A DNA stretch of 64,000 nucleotides from Clostridia bacterium (GTDB taxonomy: Bacteria > Bacillota > Clostridia > Christensenellales > UBA1242), in assembly GCA_017399265.1 (NCBI GenBank), contig JAFQDL010000009.1, positions 42,052 through 106,051 on the forward strand. The letters are read 5' to 3'. Below the pieces are notes generated by a model, which had not been told where the DNA came from, ran no database searches, and was given only the letters and a program-made list of their open reading frames with translations. Shown in pieces: positions 1 through 10,446 of the stretch. A program made the position numbers and the translations under genes. Numbering within the stretch: position 1 is the stretch's first letter; each line of letters begins with the position of its first letter.

Positions 1-978
1 TAAACAATTTAAATCTAAACTTCCGGATATTGTTAAATGATCTAACGCTTTTTCTCTAACCTTATTAAAAGCTCCTTTTAGTTCCGCAGCAGCATCATCA
101 ATATCAGACAATTCAACTTCTTTTATTGTTGGAGCGCTTGCTAAATGACAATTTTCTAAAGCATTTGTTATTTCTGATATTTCAGAAGACTCCAATACCA
201 CCCTAATCAAATCAAGTCTAGTTATCGCAAATGCTTTTAATTTATCATGATTTAACGCAACAGCCTTGTTAAGTAGTTCATTTAATCTGTTTGATAAACT
301 TTTGAATTGCGATTTATAATAATCAAGCAAAAACTTAACACAAGGAGAATCTGGCAAATACATCTCTTTTATTTTTTCCTCGAACCACCCATCTCCATCT
401 ACTTTGCAGATTAAATAATTATACAGCTTGTGAAGTGCACTTCTAAAATTCTCTTCCGATCTTCCAGTATTAAAAATTTGATATATTTTAGAAAAATCTA
501 AATTGTCACTGGAACCATATTTTTCAAAAACGGTACTTATGGCCTTATCAAACAAATATTTTCGTTCTTTTTCCGAAGACAAAATTTCGTAATTAGGATC
601 TATATCCAATGCATAAAAATATTGCTTCACCAATTTATTACAAAACGCATCTATCGTTCCAAAATCAGCAACATTTAATAAATCAATTTGCTCGTTTATG
701 TACAAGGCCTGCTCTTCACTTGTTGTACTTTCAATCGCCAAATTTAAAATATTATAAAGATCATGCTTCATTTTGGTTGCTGCGGCTGTTGTAAAAGTTA
801 CCACCAACAATTTATCTACAGATATTTTTTGATTTAGTATCAAATTTACAATCTTTCTTATCATTGTTGTGGTTTTCCCCGTTCCTGCACTAGCAGAAAC
901 TAAAACAGAATGAGTATTGTCATCTACAAAACTCTTCTGCTCATCCGTCAACCTTTTATATATCAAATCTTCAAACAT
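1..978 (-). CDS. addA: ATP-dependent helicase/nuclease subunit A (AddA), N-terminal part; C-terminus lies beyond window start
   Basis: The frame is open to the window edge. ATG at 978 lies 12 nt downstream of the addB stop. My translation MFEDLIYKRLTDEQKSFVDDNTHSVLVSASAGTGKTTTMIRKIV carries a UvrD/AddA-type Walker A. The addB-addA gene order fits. Confidence 0.8.
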   Translation of the reverse strand, partial: MFEDLIYKRLTDEQKSFVDDNTHSVLVSASAGTGKTTTMIRKIVNLILNQKISVDKLLVVTFTTAAATKMKHDLYNILNLAIESTTSEEQALYINEQIDLLNVADFGTIDAFCNKLVKQYFYALDIDPNYEILSSEKERKYLFDKAISTVFEKYGSSDNLDFSKIYQIFNTGRSEENFRSALHKLYNYLICKVDGDGWFEEKIKEMYLPDSPCVKFLLDYYKSQFKSLSNRLNELLNKAVALNHDKLKAFAITRLDLIRVVLESSEISEITNALENCHLASAPTIKEVELSDIDDAAAELKGAFNKVREKALDHLTISGSLDLNCL

Positions 979-989
979 ATTTCTTCCTT

Positions 990-3900
990 TTATTTATCTA
1001 TTTTGCGATATGTATTTCCATAAACTCTATTAAAATTACATAGTCCAATATATTTACAATGTTGGCACTCTACACCACCATTATATAACAAAGGATTTGC
1101 TTCTATGCACCCATTACAAATTTCTTGTGCATCACGAACAAGCTTTTGCTCTACTTGATCAAACAACTTATTCAACTCTTCAAAGCTCAAGCCAAGTTTG
1201 TCATATGCACCCCTTGCATAAAACTGCCCGTCATTTTTTCTTTTTAATCTTAACGTTCCACCTACTGATGGAAACTCTTTTAGTTTATTATCTATTTTTT
1301 CTAGGGTTTCAACATTTTTTACAAAAAAACCATTATATCTATAAGTATCAGCAGATCCATTAGAAAGTTTGTTTTGAACCGGTATGTAAAAAGCCCCAAC
1401 CGGAGTAAAACCACTAAACCTTGAATATAACATTAAATATAAAACCAACTGTATTTTTTTACCAATCACAACTTCGTCAAAATTGCCAAAACTTCCACCA
1501 GCACCAGTTTTGTAATCCAGAATATAAAACGAATTATCGTGTTTATTGACATCAACCCTATCTATTTTGCCATACACAACAATTTTTTTGCCGTTATTTA
1601 AAACAATTTCAAACTCCTTGTTTTTATCTCCTACTGCATATTCTTTCACATAAGGTTCATATTCGGAGTTGGACAATTGATATATAATAGCCTCCGTTAA
1701 TCTAACGACTTCGGAATAAAGACCATGTATAACATTTATATTGCACCTTGATTTTACAAATCTGTTATACTTCGGATTATTTAAAACTTTTGTTAAGTTT
1801 TCTTGAGCATATACCTTTATTTGAGTTTTAAATTCATCATCGTTTTTATAATTATTCAAGTCGTATATTGTATCACTTAAATAATCGTGCAATATATCAC
1901 CTATATCATTAACAGCCAATTTACCTTTTTGTTTGTCTTTTACTTTTATACCATATCTTACAAAATGCATATATGGGCATCTTGAAAATGTTTCAAATTG
2001 ACTTGGGCTCACCTTTCCGGTTTTAAAATATAAATGGTCGGATTCTTTTAAATTTGAAAAATTATTTTTCATCATTAAATTTTTCAACAACACATTAGAC
2101 TTCTCGTCTATAACATGATATACACTTGTTACATTACTTCGATAAACAGAGTTTTTATTATAAACATTCCAATTCTTCAACTCTCTTATAATATTTTCTT
2201 TAGAAATTTGTTCTGTTATGTTTTGCTTAACAACGTTTTCTATATTAAGCATGTTAAACTCACAAGACTCAACCTCTGTAGATAGATATTTTTGTAATTC
2301 AGAATATGCAACACAAGGAAATCTCTCCTCACCCTTTGAGTCAACAGCCACATATGAAAAATTAATCGCATCTTTAGCCTTAAACAACAACTCAAAAAGC
2401 TTAAACTTCTTACGCTTGTTTATCAAATTTATTGTTGGGTTAAGCTTGTTAAAACTTTGACATTCTTTCATTTCTGTATCATTAATCAAAGCAGTCTCAG
2501 AATTATATTTAGGCAATTCGCCGTCAGCCGCACCAACAAAATATATTACTTTACAATCCTCCACCATACAAGACTCAAACTCACTTACAACCAAACTGTT
2601 CACAGTCAACGGAGGCAAAGACAATTTTATATCCTCAATAAACGATTTAACTATTTCATTAAAATATTCAGGCTTAAACGTTTGATAAGCAAACAAAAAA
2701 TCCATCTCTGTCCACACGGTTGATAATTTATCATACGCCTGAGTCAAATGTCTTGCATTTTCAACATCTCCGCAATCTATAAACTTTGAATATATCACTT
2801 CATAAAATTTATCAAAGTTTAACTTTTGCAGCATCGCAAACAATCTACTTTTATACTCCTCAAATGTTAATTCATCACTAACCTTAAAATCATTAATGTT
2901 TCTTACAGTATCAAAAACAACATCTAACTCTTCGTCATACGCCACTCCACTCGGCAAAGAATATAACCATTCGCCCGTCGCGTTAAATGTTAAAATATAA
3001 TCTTTATATTTCATTATTTGAGCATTCGTTAGCCCACAAATCCCACTATCCATAAGTTCAATTATAGAGTATCTATCAACACCATTAGCCAAAATTTCAC
3101 ACAATGTCATAACAATGCGAGACAGCAAGTTTGACGACAAAGTTTTGGCCTCATCTAAATAAAATGGTATATCAAACTTTAACAAATTTTCTGTTAACTC
3201 ATTTTTATATACTGAAAGATTTGATACTACAAATGCAACATCATTATATTCGTATTTTCCATCTAATATATCTTTCTTTATATTCGCTAACACGCTTTTA
3301 ATTTCTGAAGAAATATTGTTTGATTTAAACAATTTAAGCTTTGGTTTACAGCCTTGTACTTCTATTTGTTTATTACTGAACAAATATTTACTCAGTTGAT
3401 TATCGTTTTCACATAATATTTTATTAGGTTTTATTCCATTAGTTTCAAAAACACTATTTAAATTATATAACAATTCATTATTATATATAGCCTCATTATG
3501 AATATCTTTTACTTTGGAATACGTAGTGCAGACATTTAACGACTTTGCGGTTTTTGCCAATTTCGCAACTATTCTTGACATGTGTGGCGTTATATCTTCA
3601 TAATCAACAAGAAAGATATCACAATCAGAAAAATCTTCTTTTGAAATATTTTTTTCAAAAATATTTAACAAGTTAAAATTATCTGTATATTCACCACTTA
3701 AAGCCTCTTCATATTTTTGATAAATTATTTTCAAATCTCTCAACTTTGCCGAAAGCAAAGTATTTTTATATTCAGTATGTAATTGTTCTGGAGATATACG
3801 GCAACTTTTGTATAATTGAATAGTCTCAAACACCTTCTCAGCAAAGCCCAATTTATTAATTGCCTTTTTATAAAGTCCTAACTCGTCTTTAGCATCTAAC

Positions 3901-4178
3901 AATATTTTTTTAACAAGAGCCACTCCTGCATGTTTTGTAAGAATATTTCTATACAACCCCTTTTCTTGCAAAACACCTTTAGCAATTCTTGAGAAAGTCA
4001 TCACATCAACATTAAAAAGCGAATTCTTGTTCAATATTTGAAACAACTCTTTTTCAACATTTAACGTGTTTCTATCTGGTGTTAAAACAATAACTCTATT
4101 ATTAATATTTTTTATATTCGTCAATGCAGCTTTTTTTGCAACACTATTAAGATTTGATAAATAAAAATTTACTTGCAT
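990..4178 (-). CDS. addB: Helicase-exonuclease AddAB subunit B (AddB), with Fe-S cysteine cluster
   Basis: 1062 aa. C-terminal PD-(D/E)xK-like ILDYKTG motif, with cysteines FSRCPYMHF ... CQHCKYIGLC typical of the AddB iron-sulfur nuclease domain. Sits directly upstream of addA. Confidence 0.85.
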   Translation of the reverse strand: MQVNFYLSNLNSVAKKAALTNIKNINNRVIVLTPDRNTLNVEKELFQILNKNSLFNVDVMTFSRIAKGVLQEKGLYRNILTKHAGVALVKKILLDAKDELGLYKKAINKLGFAEKVFETIQLYKSCRISPEQLHTEYKNTLLSAKLRDLKIIYQKYEEALSGEYTDNFNLLNIFEKNISKEDFSDCDIFLVDYEDITPHMSRIVAKLAKTAKSLNVCTTYSKVKDIHNEAIYNNELLYNLNSVFETNGIKPNKILCENDNQLSKYLFSNKQIEVQGCKPKLKLFKSNNISSEIKSVLANIKKDILDGKYEYNDVAFVVSNLSVYKNELTENLLKFDIPFYLDEAKTLSSNLLSRIVMTLCEILANGVDRYSIIELMDSGICGLTNAQIMKYKDYILTFNATGEWLYSLPSGVAYDEELDVVFDTVRNINDFKVSDELTFEEYKSRLFAMLQKLNFDKFYEVIYSKFIDCGDVENARHLTQAYDKLSTVWTEMDFLFAYQTFKPEYFNEIVKSFIEDIKLSLPPLTVNSLVVSEFESCMVEDCKVIYFVGAADGELPKYNSETALINDTEMKECQSFNKLNPTINLINKRKKFKLFELLFKAKDAINFSYVAVDSKGEERFPCVAYSELQKYLSTEVESCEFNMLNIENVVKQNITEQISKENIIRELKNWNVYNKNSVYRSNVTSVYHVIDEKSNVLLKNLMMKNNFSNLKESDHLYFKTGKVSPSQFETFSRCPYMHFVRYGIKVKDKQKGKLAVNDIGDILHDYLSDTIYDLNNYKNDDEFKTQIKVYAQENLTKVLNNPKYNRFVKSRCNINVIHGLYSEVVRLTEAIIYQLSNSEYEPYVKEYAVGDKNKEFEIVLNNGKKIVVYGKIDRVDVNKHDNSFYILDYKTGAGGSFGNFDEVVIGKKIQLVLYLMLYSRFSGFTPVGAFYIPVQNKLSNGSADTYRYNGFFVKNVETLEKIDNKLKEFPSVGGTLRLKRKNDGQFYARGAYDKLGLSFEELNKLFDQVEQKLVRDAQEICNGCIEANPLLYNGGVECQHCKYIGLCNFNRVYGNTYRKIDK

Positions 4179-4255
4179 ACTTACTCCTATGCCTTATTAT
4201 CTCACAAAATTACGCACAGGACAAATATTTATTACTTTTTATTTTTACTTTTTAC

Positions 4256-4903
4256 CTACTCAATATTTGATATTAGAAGCTTTGCCAACTCTCCCATGCT
4301 CTGATCAATATCAAATATTTTCATAGAATATTCTTGCAGTTTTTCAACAACCTCATCAGGGATCGGGTTTGGTATCTTATAACTTAAACGATGCTCTAGT
4401 GTCGCCCAAAAATCCATACCAAGTGTCCTTATTTGGATTTCCGCCTTTATCTCTTTATAGCCAATACAAAGATTAACGGGAATTAAAACAATCATATGGT
4501 AGCTAATATATCCACACTTTTTTGGCTCAGATATATAGTCTTGCTCTTCAATTATTTGAAGCCTTCCATTTTTCTTTATAGCTTCAACTACGTTAAACAC
4601 ATCGCTAAGAAACGGACATATTATTCTAGCACCAACTATATCAGTAATGTTTTTTTCAATATCTTCAACACTGATGGGTATATGCTTTTTATTCGCCTTA
4701 CAAATAATACTATCTATCGTTTTTAATCTATATTTAATATGATCAATAGGGTTGTAAAATTGCAATATATCAAACTCATCTTTGAGTAGCGACAACTGCG
4801 TTTCTAAAATCTTCAACGCTGCATTACAATAAATAAAAAAATGATGTATACCATTGTTTTCAAGCATAGTTATTAAACTTTGTTCTTTGATTATATCGTT
4901 CAT
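4256..4903 (-). CDS. Small alarmone synthetase (RelA/SpoT-domain GTP pyrophosphokinase, RelQ/RelP-like)
   Basis: 215 aa. Motifs DIVGARIICPF, YISYHMIV and EIQIRTLGMDFWATLEHRLSYK match the RelA_SpoT synthetase fold. Confidence 0.85.
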   Translation of the reverse strand: MNDIIKEQSLITMLENNGIHHFFIYCNAALKILETQLSLLKDEFDILQFYNPIDHIKYRLKTIDSIICKANKKHIPISVEDIEKNITDIVGARIICPFLSDVFNVVEAIKKNGRLQIIEEQDYISEPKKCGYISYHMIVLIPVNLCIGYKEIKAEIQIRTLGMDFWATLEHRLSYKIPNPIPDEVVEKLQEYSMKIFDIDQSMGELAKLLISNIE

Positions 4904-5137
4904 ACTTCACCTAAATTTGATTTAAATAATATACATAATTAAAAATATTATATGAAGCAAATAACTCAGTATTTATATAAGCAAATTAAAAATTAATCAA
5001 CTTCCGCAGATTTTAGTAATAAAAATACACAATTTTACAAAAAATATAACCGATAATATTTATCTGTTATATAATTAAACACCACAAAAAACCAATTGTG
5101 TTACAGCTTTGATTTATCGTTTATAGGAGAGACGCTT

Positions 5138-6133
5138 ATGAAAAAATTTTTATTCTTATTAATCTGTTGTATCTGCATTACTTCATGCGGGAATTTAAAT
5201 ACTAATACATATCCCAAAGGTAAAATGATAAATATTGAACAAATAAGCGAAATAGGCCTTAGCGAAACCCTCTCCCCAGCCATCGTAGGAGTATATTCAG
5301 CCTCAAATTCTGGAGGCAATATAGGAGCTGGAGTATGCATTAATGAACACGGACATATAATTACCAACGCTCACGTTGTTAATAACACATCTAACCCCAC
5401 ACTTTACTTACACAACGGAGAAAGATGTAATTCTGAACTTCTATACCAAGACTCTGTTTTGGATTTCGCGATTTTGAAAAGCCAAACGCCTTTACCCTAC
5501 CTACCTGTTAGCATTGAGGATCTATCAGTCGGAGAAAATGTTATTGCTGTAGGCACCCCAATTAGCCTTATGCTTAAACACACATACACCAAAGGTATTG
5601 TAAGCGCAATAAATAGAACTATCAAAATAGGTACAACTTCAGGCGAAAGTTATATGCAAAACCTGATCCAACACGACGCAAGTCTTAACCCAGGCAATTC
5701 CGGAGGCCCATTGATTAATTCAAAGGGAGAAGTTGTTGGAATAAACACATTGAAAATCACTAGCGGCGAAGGCCTTGGTTTTGCTATCCCAGTAAAAAGT
5801 TTTATTTCATTACTAGATAATTTGCATAACAATATCGACAATTCTCCTTATCTAGGAGTCTATGGATATGATGCAGAAATCGCAAAATTTAACAAATTAT
5901 CAAACACAGATACTGGATTCTATGTAGAAAATATTAGTTCAACCAGCCCTGCAAGTGATCTTTTGATTGAGGGAGATATAATAGTCGCAATTAATGGCAA
6001 CAAAATAACCAATGCAAGTGATCTTAGATATGAATTATATAAATACTCAGCTAACGATATTATCGAACTTACATATATGTCAAACAATCGGCTTTATACC
6101 AAACAACTAAAATTACAAAAAAGATCAATTTAA
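5138..6133 (+). CDS. htrA: HtrA/DegP-family trypsin-like serine protease with C-terminal PDZ; probable lipoprotein
   Basis: Start moved to ATG 5138, behind RBS AGGAGA at 5125-5130. Signal peptide plus lipobox (LICCICITSCGN). Catalytic triad context TNAHVV, DFAILK, GNSGGPL. PDZ-like C-terminus. Confidence 0.85.
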   Translation: MKKFLFLLICCICITSCGNLNTNTYPKGKMINIEQISEIGLSETLSPAIVGVYSASNSGGNIGAGVCINEHGHIITNAHVVNNTSNPTLYLHNGERCNSELLYQDSVLDFAILKSQTPLPYLPVSIEDLSVGENVIAVGTPISLMLKHTYTKGIVSAINRTIKIGTTSGESYMQNLIQHDASLNPGNSGGPLINSKGEVVGINTLKITSGEGLGFAIPVKSFISLLDNLHNNIDNSPYLGVYGYDAEIAKFNKLSNTDTGFYVENISSTSPASDLLIEGDIIVAINGNKITNASDLRYELYKYSANDIIELTYMSNNRLYTKQLKLQKRSI

Positions 6134-6171
6134 CACAAATAACTCAAGACGCTTTAGAATATAATTTAATA

Positions 6172-7353
6172 ATGAGAATTTTCCGATTTTTATTCCAAGG
6201 CTTATTAAAAATAATATTTAAAATAGCCTTTCGCCTTAATCCTAATAGAGTATTTAATAAAAACAATATTGCCGTTCCAAACGAACCTGTTGTTTTTCTA
6301 TGCAATCACCAAAACAATTTTGACGCCATTAGACTACGTATAATGAACAATAGACGAATTGCATTTGTAGCACATGACGAGTTGTATCGCAACAAATTTT
6401 ATAAATGGATAGCAAATAATTTATTAGACAGCATATGCAGAGGAAAAACAAAGAATGATATATCATTTATTAAAAATATATTTGAAGCAAAAAAGAAAGG
6501 TCTTAGTATTGGCATATACCCAGAAGGCGGCATAAATTACTTTAACAAAAGTATACCATTTGACACAAGCACAGCTAAGCTTTGTAAAAAGCTCAACTTG
6601 CCTATTATTTTGGTAACTGTTAACGGAGGTTCTTTTTTAACACCCAGATGGGCAAAACACAAAGCTCATGGCAAGCTGGAATATACTTATCAAAAACTTA
6701 TCACAAAAGATGAATTAGAAAAACTATCTGTAGAAAATTTAGATATGATATTAAAAAAATATCTCTACATTAATGATTACGATTGGCAAAGAAAAAATCT
6801 TGTCGAATTTAAAAGAAAAAATCGAGCAGAGACTCTTGACAAGGCTTTATTCATATGCCCTAACTGCTTTGGTTATCACGGAATTTCCTGTAAGAACAAT
6901 CTAATTCTCTGCAGTCGCTGCCATAGCACTTTTATTTTAGATAAACATGACTTTATTCAAAGCAATAGCAATATAACAGATTTGGTCCAGTGGGACAAAT
7001 TTCAATACTCAAAACTACTTTCCGACATTCCATGTTTGCAAGATAACCACGTATTACTGAAAGCAGAAAACGTTACATTTAATAGTTGTGACGCAACTAA
7101 ACATTTTAGCAAAAAAAATTTACAAATTTGTAATATATATCTTTACAAAAAGCACTTAATATTAAAAACGAGATACGCAGAAGATATATTATCTATCGAA
7201 AGCATTTCAAAAATATATGTAGAATTCAAAAACACTATCCAATTCAACTACAACAATCTAAAATATAGAATATCGCATAAAAACATTCCAGCATATGTTT
7301 GGGTTTCATATTTTCGAGCACTAAACCAATATTTAAAAGAAAAAGAGGCCTAA
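6172..7353 (+). CDS. Lysophospholipid (1-acyl-glycerol-3-phosphate) acyltransferase family protein with extended C-terminal domain
   Basis: 393 aa. HX4D motif (NHQNNFD) and YPEGG motif of PlsC-type acyltransferases. Cys-rich CPNC...CSRCH segment. Confidence 0.7.
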   Translation: MRIFRFLFQGLLKIIFKIAFRLNPNRVFNKNNIAVPNEPVVFLCNHQNNFDAIRLRIMNNRRIAFVAHDELYRNKFYKWIANNLLDSICRGKTKNDISFIKNIFEAKKKGLSIGIYPEGGINYFNKSIPFDTSTAKLCKKLNLPIILVTVNGGSFLTPRWAKHKAHGKLEYTYQKLITKDELEKLSVENLDMILKKYLYINDYDWQRKNLVEFKRKNRAETLDKALFICPNCFGYHGISCKNNLILCSRCHSTFILDKHDFIQSNSNITDLVQWDKFQYSKLLSDIPCLQDNHVLLKAENVTFNSCDATKHFSKKNLQICNIYLYKKHLILKTRYAEDILSIESISKIYVEFKNTIQFNYNNLKYRISHKNIPAYVWVSYFRALNQYLKEKEA

Positions 7354-7363
7354 AGCCTCTTTT

Positions 7364-8149
7364 TTACTGTTCTTTCTCTGAATCATAAAAACCAATAACT
7401 GGTTTTGCTACTTCTGACTGAGTATTAAACTTGTAGTCAATAATAGCCTTAGTTATTTCCTCATCTGCGATTGCTCTATTTCTGGCATTTTCCGAATTGG
7501 TTAATTGAATATAATCTTCTAACCTAACTGTATAATCTCGTATAGCATTATTAACTTCTAAATATGTTGCATTTTTCTCAATTAATTCGTTTTTGTAGTC
7601 AAGGAGCAAATGTTTAAAAGCATTACATATATCGCTTAGATCATCAGCATCATCAAACAAACATGATTCGAATTGTGATAAAACTTGTTCAAGATCAACA
7701 ACGTTAGTCAATCTGAAATATTCATACGCCATTTTATATAATAATTCGTTTTTAACTTCCAGACCAGTTGCTTTTGAATAAACTTTATCATCAACTTTGT
7801 CAAACATCACCGATAAAAATTTTTCATCAGATAATATTTGTGCTTGTTTGTTTTCACTTAAATTCATATTCCATTCATAAAGCTCCGGATCTTCGGAAAT
7901 TCGATGTGTATACACAACCCTTCTTTGCGGCTTAAAAGCCAAAACTAAATCTTGATTGGGTTTAATTTCTGCACCATAAAAGTTAAAAACCCCAAACACA
8001 TCTTTATCTTTTTCTTTTAAACAAACTACATTTATCTTATTAGTTTCTTCCGTTTTATCTCCTACTTGAACGACAAACCCGATTGTAGGACTAATAACAC
8101 AACCTTCACCTATTAATTTATATTTATCAACAAAATCTTTTGTAATCAT
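7364..8149 (-). CDS. Hypothetical protein
   Basis: The ORF track starts at a TTG (8245). ATG 8149 is better supported, because a TTGACA-17-TACAAT promoter lies inside the longer ORF just upstream. No recognisable motif. Confidence 0.55.
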   Translation of the reverse strand: MITKDFVDKYKLIGEGCVISPTIGFVVQVGDKTEETNKINVVCLKEKDKDVFGVFNFYGAEIKPNQDLVLAFKPQRRVVYTHRISEDPELYEWNMNLSENKQAQILSDEKFLSVMFDKVDDKVYSKATGLEVKNELLYKMAYEYFRLTNVVDLEQVLSQFESCLFDDADDLSDICNAFKHLLLDYKNELIEKNATYLEVNNAIRDYTVRLEDYIQLTNSENARNRAIADEEITKAIIDYKFNTQSEVAKPVIGFYDSEKEQ

Positions 8150-8316
8150 TTCAAAACCCTTAATTTTTAATGTTACAATTGTACCACAGCGATATTTGAT
8201 TGTCAATACCGAAAAATTAAAAGCCGTCACTTCTACAACTCTCAAATTTGTAGAATTTACTAAAATTATTTTAAGTTTTTACTTAAATCTGTTAAAATAT
8301 CAAAAAAGGAAGTATT

Positions 8317-8904
8317 ATGGAAGATCTTAAAAAGATAATTGGAAAGAATATTTTAAAGTTGAGAAAAAACAAACAAATGACTCAAACAGAATTTGCTAAC
8401 AAACTTAATTACTCAGATAAAGCAATATCAAAATGGGAAAATGGAGATTCTCTACCCGATATTGAAGTACTTAACGAAGTCGCAAAATTATTTGGTGTAA
8501 CATTAGATTATTTAGTATCCGAAAACACAGAACAGGAACCATCAAAATTTAGACGAGTTAAAGACAATCTCAGCAACAAATTAATTATTACTTTATTGGG
8601 CGTTTTAGTCATTTGGACTTTAGCCACTGTTGCATATGTATATTGTATGGAAATGACAAATATTAGTAGGCCTTGGTTAATTTTTATTTATGCTTTTCCA
8701 GTATCTTGCATAGTCCTAATAGTTTTCAATGGGATATGGGGAAAGAGAATCTATACATTTTACATTATTAGTGCACTCGTTTGGGGATTGTTGGTTGGGA
8801 TATATCTAACACTTCTAGATTACAACCCTTGGCTGTTATTTATTATCGGCGTTCCTGCCCAAATCGCAATAATATTATGGTCTCAACTCAAGAAAAAGAA
8901 ATAA
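8317..8904 (+). CDS. XRE-family HTH protein with C-terminal multi-pass membrane domain
   Basis: N-terminus LRKNKQMTQTEFANKLNYSDKAISKWENG is a classic HTH_3 motif. C-terminal half has about 4 hydrophobic helices. Confidence 0.8.
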   Translation: MEDLKKIIGKNILKLRKNKQMTQTEFANKLNYSDKAISKWENGDSLPDIEVLNEVAKLFGVTLDYLVSENTEQEPSKFRRVKDNLSNKLIITLLGVLVIWTLATVAYVYCMEMTNISRPWLIFIYAFPVSCIVLIVFNGIWGKRIYTFYIISALVWGLLVGIYLTLLDYNPWLLFIIGVPAQIAIILWSQLKKKK

Positions 8905-8932
8905 TCCTTGTAACAAACAAGGATTATTTTAT

Positions 8933-9616
8933 TTAAAATATAAAATTTATAACATTCCAGAATACATTCTCACCTTTAGGTATAATCAACTCAACGACAC
9001 CTTGTATGTCAGTATTTTTTATGCCACCCATACTCTTACTATCAGTGCTATGGATTCTATTGTCCCCCATCAAAAACAAGCAGCCTTGTGGAACAATATA
9101 ATTGCCCTCATCATCAAAACTATTTGGTTGCGTTATTTTCAAAAGACTTAACGGATTGTAACCGCTACTATCAGAAATATCTGCAAAATTATTATATTTA
9201 TCATTCTCTACTTTTAGCTTATCACGAGTAATACTTTCTTTTATATAATCTTCTTCATATAGTCTATTATTTAAGTATAGTTGATATTCTCCAATTTCAC
9301 TGTTATATTGGTACCTAATTTTCTCCCCTTCAAAAGCAATTACTCTTTTTATTAACCATTCTTCTTCGCCCTTACCAACAATTACTATATCACCTCTCTC
9401 TATCTCTGCATATTTATTATAATAAACCACATCTTTATCCACAGCACTATATTTGTTTAATGTCGGTTGCATACTCACATCATAAACTACAGCCGAAGAA
9501 TACACAATTAAAAATATCAGTACATAAATAGCAAGAGTATATAGTATGGCATCTATGACTATAGACTCTATTTTTTTCTTAACAACACCAAAGTTTCTTA
9601 ATTCTAATCTTTCCAT
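8933..9616 (-). CDS. lepB: Signal peptidase I
   Basis: N-terminal TM helix. Catalytic-Ser box VSMQPTL, KRVIAFEGEKI box and GDNRIHSTDS box. Confidence 0.85.
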   Translation of the reverse strand: MERLELRNFGVVKKKIESIVIDAILYTLAIYVLIFLIVYSSAVVYDVSMQPTLNKYSAVDKDVVYYNKYAEIERGDIVIVGKGEEEWLIKRVIAFEGEKIRYQYNSEIGEYQLYLNNRLYEEDYIKESITRDKLKVENDKYNNFADISDSSGYNPLSLLKITQPNSFDDEGNYIVPQGCLFLMGDNRIHSTDSKSMGGIKNTDIQGVVELIIPKGENVFWNVINFIF

Positions 9617-9924
9617 ACCTATATTTTAATAGTATTTTTAACAATTGTCTAAATATTTTCACATTTAATAAAAATATTTTTACAAAATTTACTAAAAAGT
9701 ATTTATTTTCTGTTAAAAAGATGTTATAATAAATTGTCAACTTAAAGAATTGGTTGACAACTAACTCATATCCGCTACTATTGTTCATCCTTATCCCAAT
9801 CCCAAACAATAGTAGCAAAAATCCCTCCTTTGGCCCATGATGAGATTTTTATCATGGGCAATATTTAATCTTAATCAAGTTTCTACTTGTTTAATATAAA
9901 TAAATTACAATAAAAAGAGAAATT

Positions 9925-10242
9925 ATGAAACTATACAAAATCGAAACATATTTGCCAAAAGAAGCACTGGATAATATTAAAAATGCACTATGTCAATTAG
10001 GCTTTGGAAAAGTCGGCAATTATGACTGCTGCATGTCATGGCATGAAGTGAATTCTTCTTGGAGACCTTTAGATGGCGCAAATCCATATCAAGGTGTAGT
10101 TAATAAAGTTGAGTTTGCAACAGAATATAAATTGGAATTTAGATGCTGCGACAAAGACCTACAAAAGGTAGTCGAAAGTATCAAGCTCCACCACCCTTAC
10201 GAAGAAGTATGTATTAATATTATACCTCTATATGTTATATAA
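9925..10242 (+). CDS. Small alpha/beta protein resembling the insert (PII-like) domain of NIF3/YqfO proteins (tentative)
   Basis: 105 aa. Recalled similarity of MKLYKIETYLPKEALDNIKNAL...HPYEEV to the YqfO C-terminal module. Not verified. Confidence 0.4.
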   Translation: MKLYKIETYLPKEALDNIKNALCQLGFGKVGNYDCCMSWHEVNSSWRPLDGANPYQGVVNKVEFATEYKLEFRCCDKDLQKVVESIKLHHPYEEVCINIIPLYVI

Positions 10243-10302
10243 TTTTTAGTTGTTTTTGATAGCAAAACAACGACTATGCTCTTAGATTAGTAACCTATAA
10301 TC

Positions 10303-10446
10303 GGCCTCGTGGTGTTCTTGAGATATATTTCACCATCAGACCACCCTCTTGGCCTCATGGTGTTCTTGAGATATATTTCACCATTAGACCACCCTCTTGG
10401 CCTCATGGTGTTCTTGAGATATATTTCACCATTAGACCACCCTCTT
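10303..10446 (+). repeat. 3 x 48-bp tandem repeat abutting the tRNA-Arg 5' end. Each unit starts with tRNA nt 1-12 and contains an inverted, diverged copy of tRNA nt 1-15.
   Basis: Units start at 10303, 10351 and 10399. Units 2 and 3 are identical (ggcctcatggtgttcttgagatatatttcaccattagaccaccctctt); unit 1 has 2 substitutions. The tRNA starts at 10447 with the same ggcctcatggtg. Confidence 0.95.

Noticed and set aside
9579-9818. 79-aa minus-strand ORF preceded by a strong-looking AAAGGAGGG and a TTG start
   Set aside because: The product is low-complexity F/L/K/I/N/Y typical of translated AT-rich spacer. It overlaps the lepB start out of frame. The GGAGGG is more plausibly the complement of a structured plus-strand leader.
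10303-10446. Possibility that the tRNA-flanking tandem arrays (also 23647-23950, 55209-55473, 55556-55915) are CRISPR arrays
   Set aside because: The units are contiguous and near-identical with no unique spacers. The periods of 48, 120, 132 and 152 bp do not fit repeat-spacer geometry, and there are no cas genes in the window.
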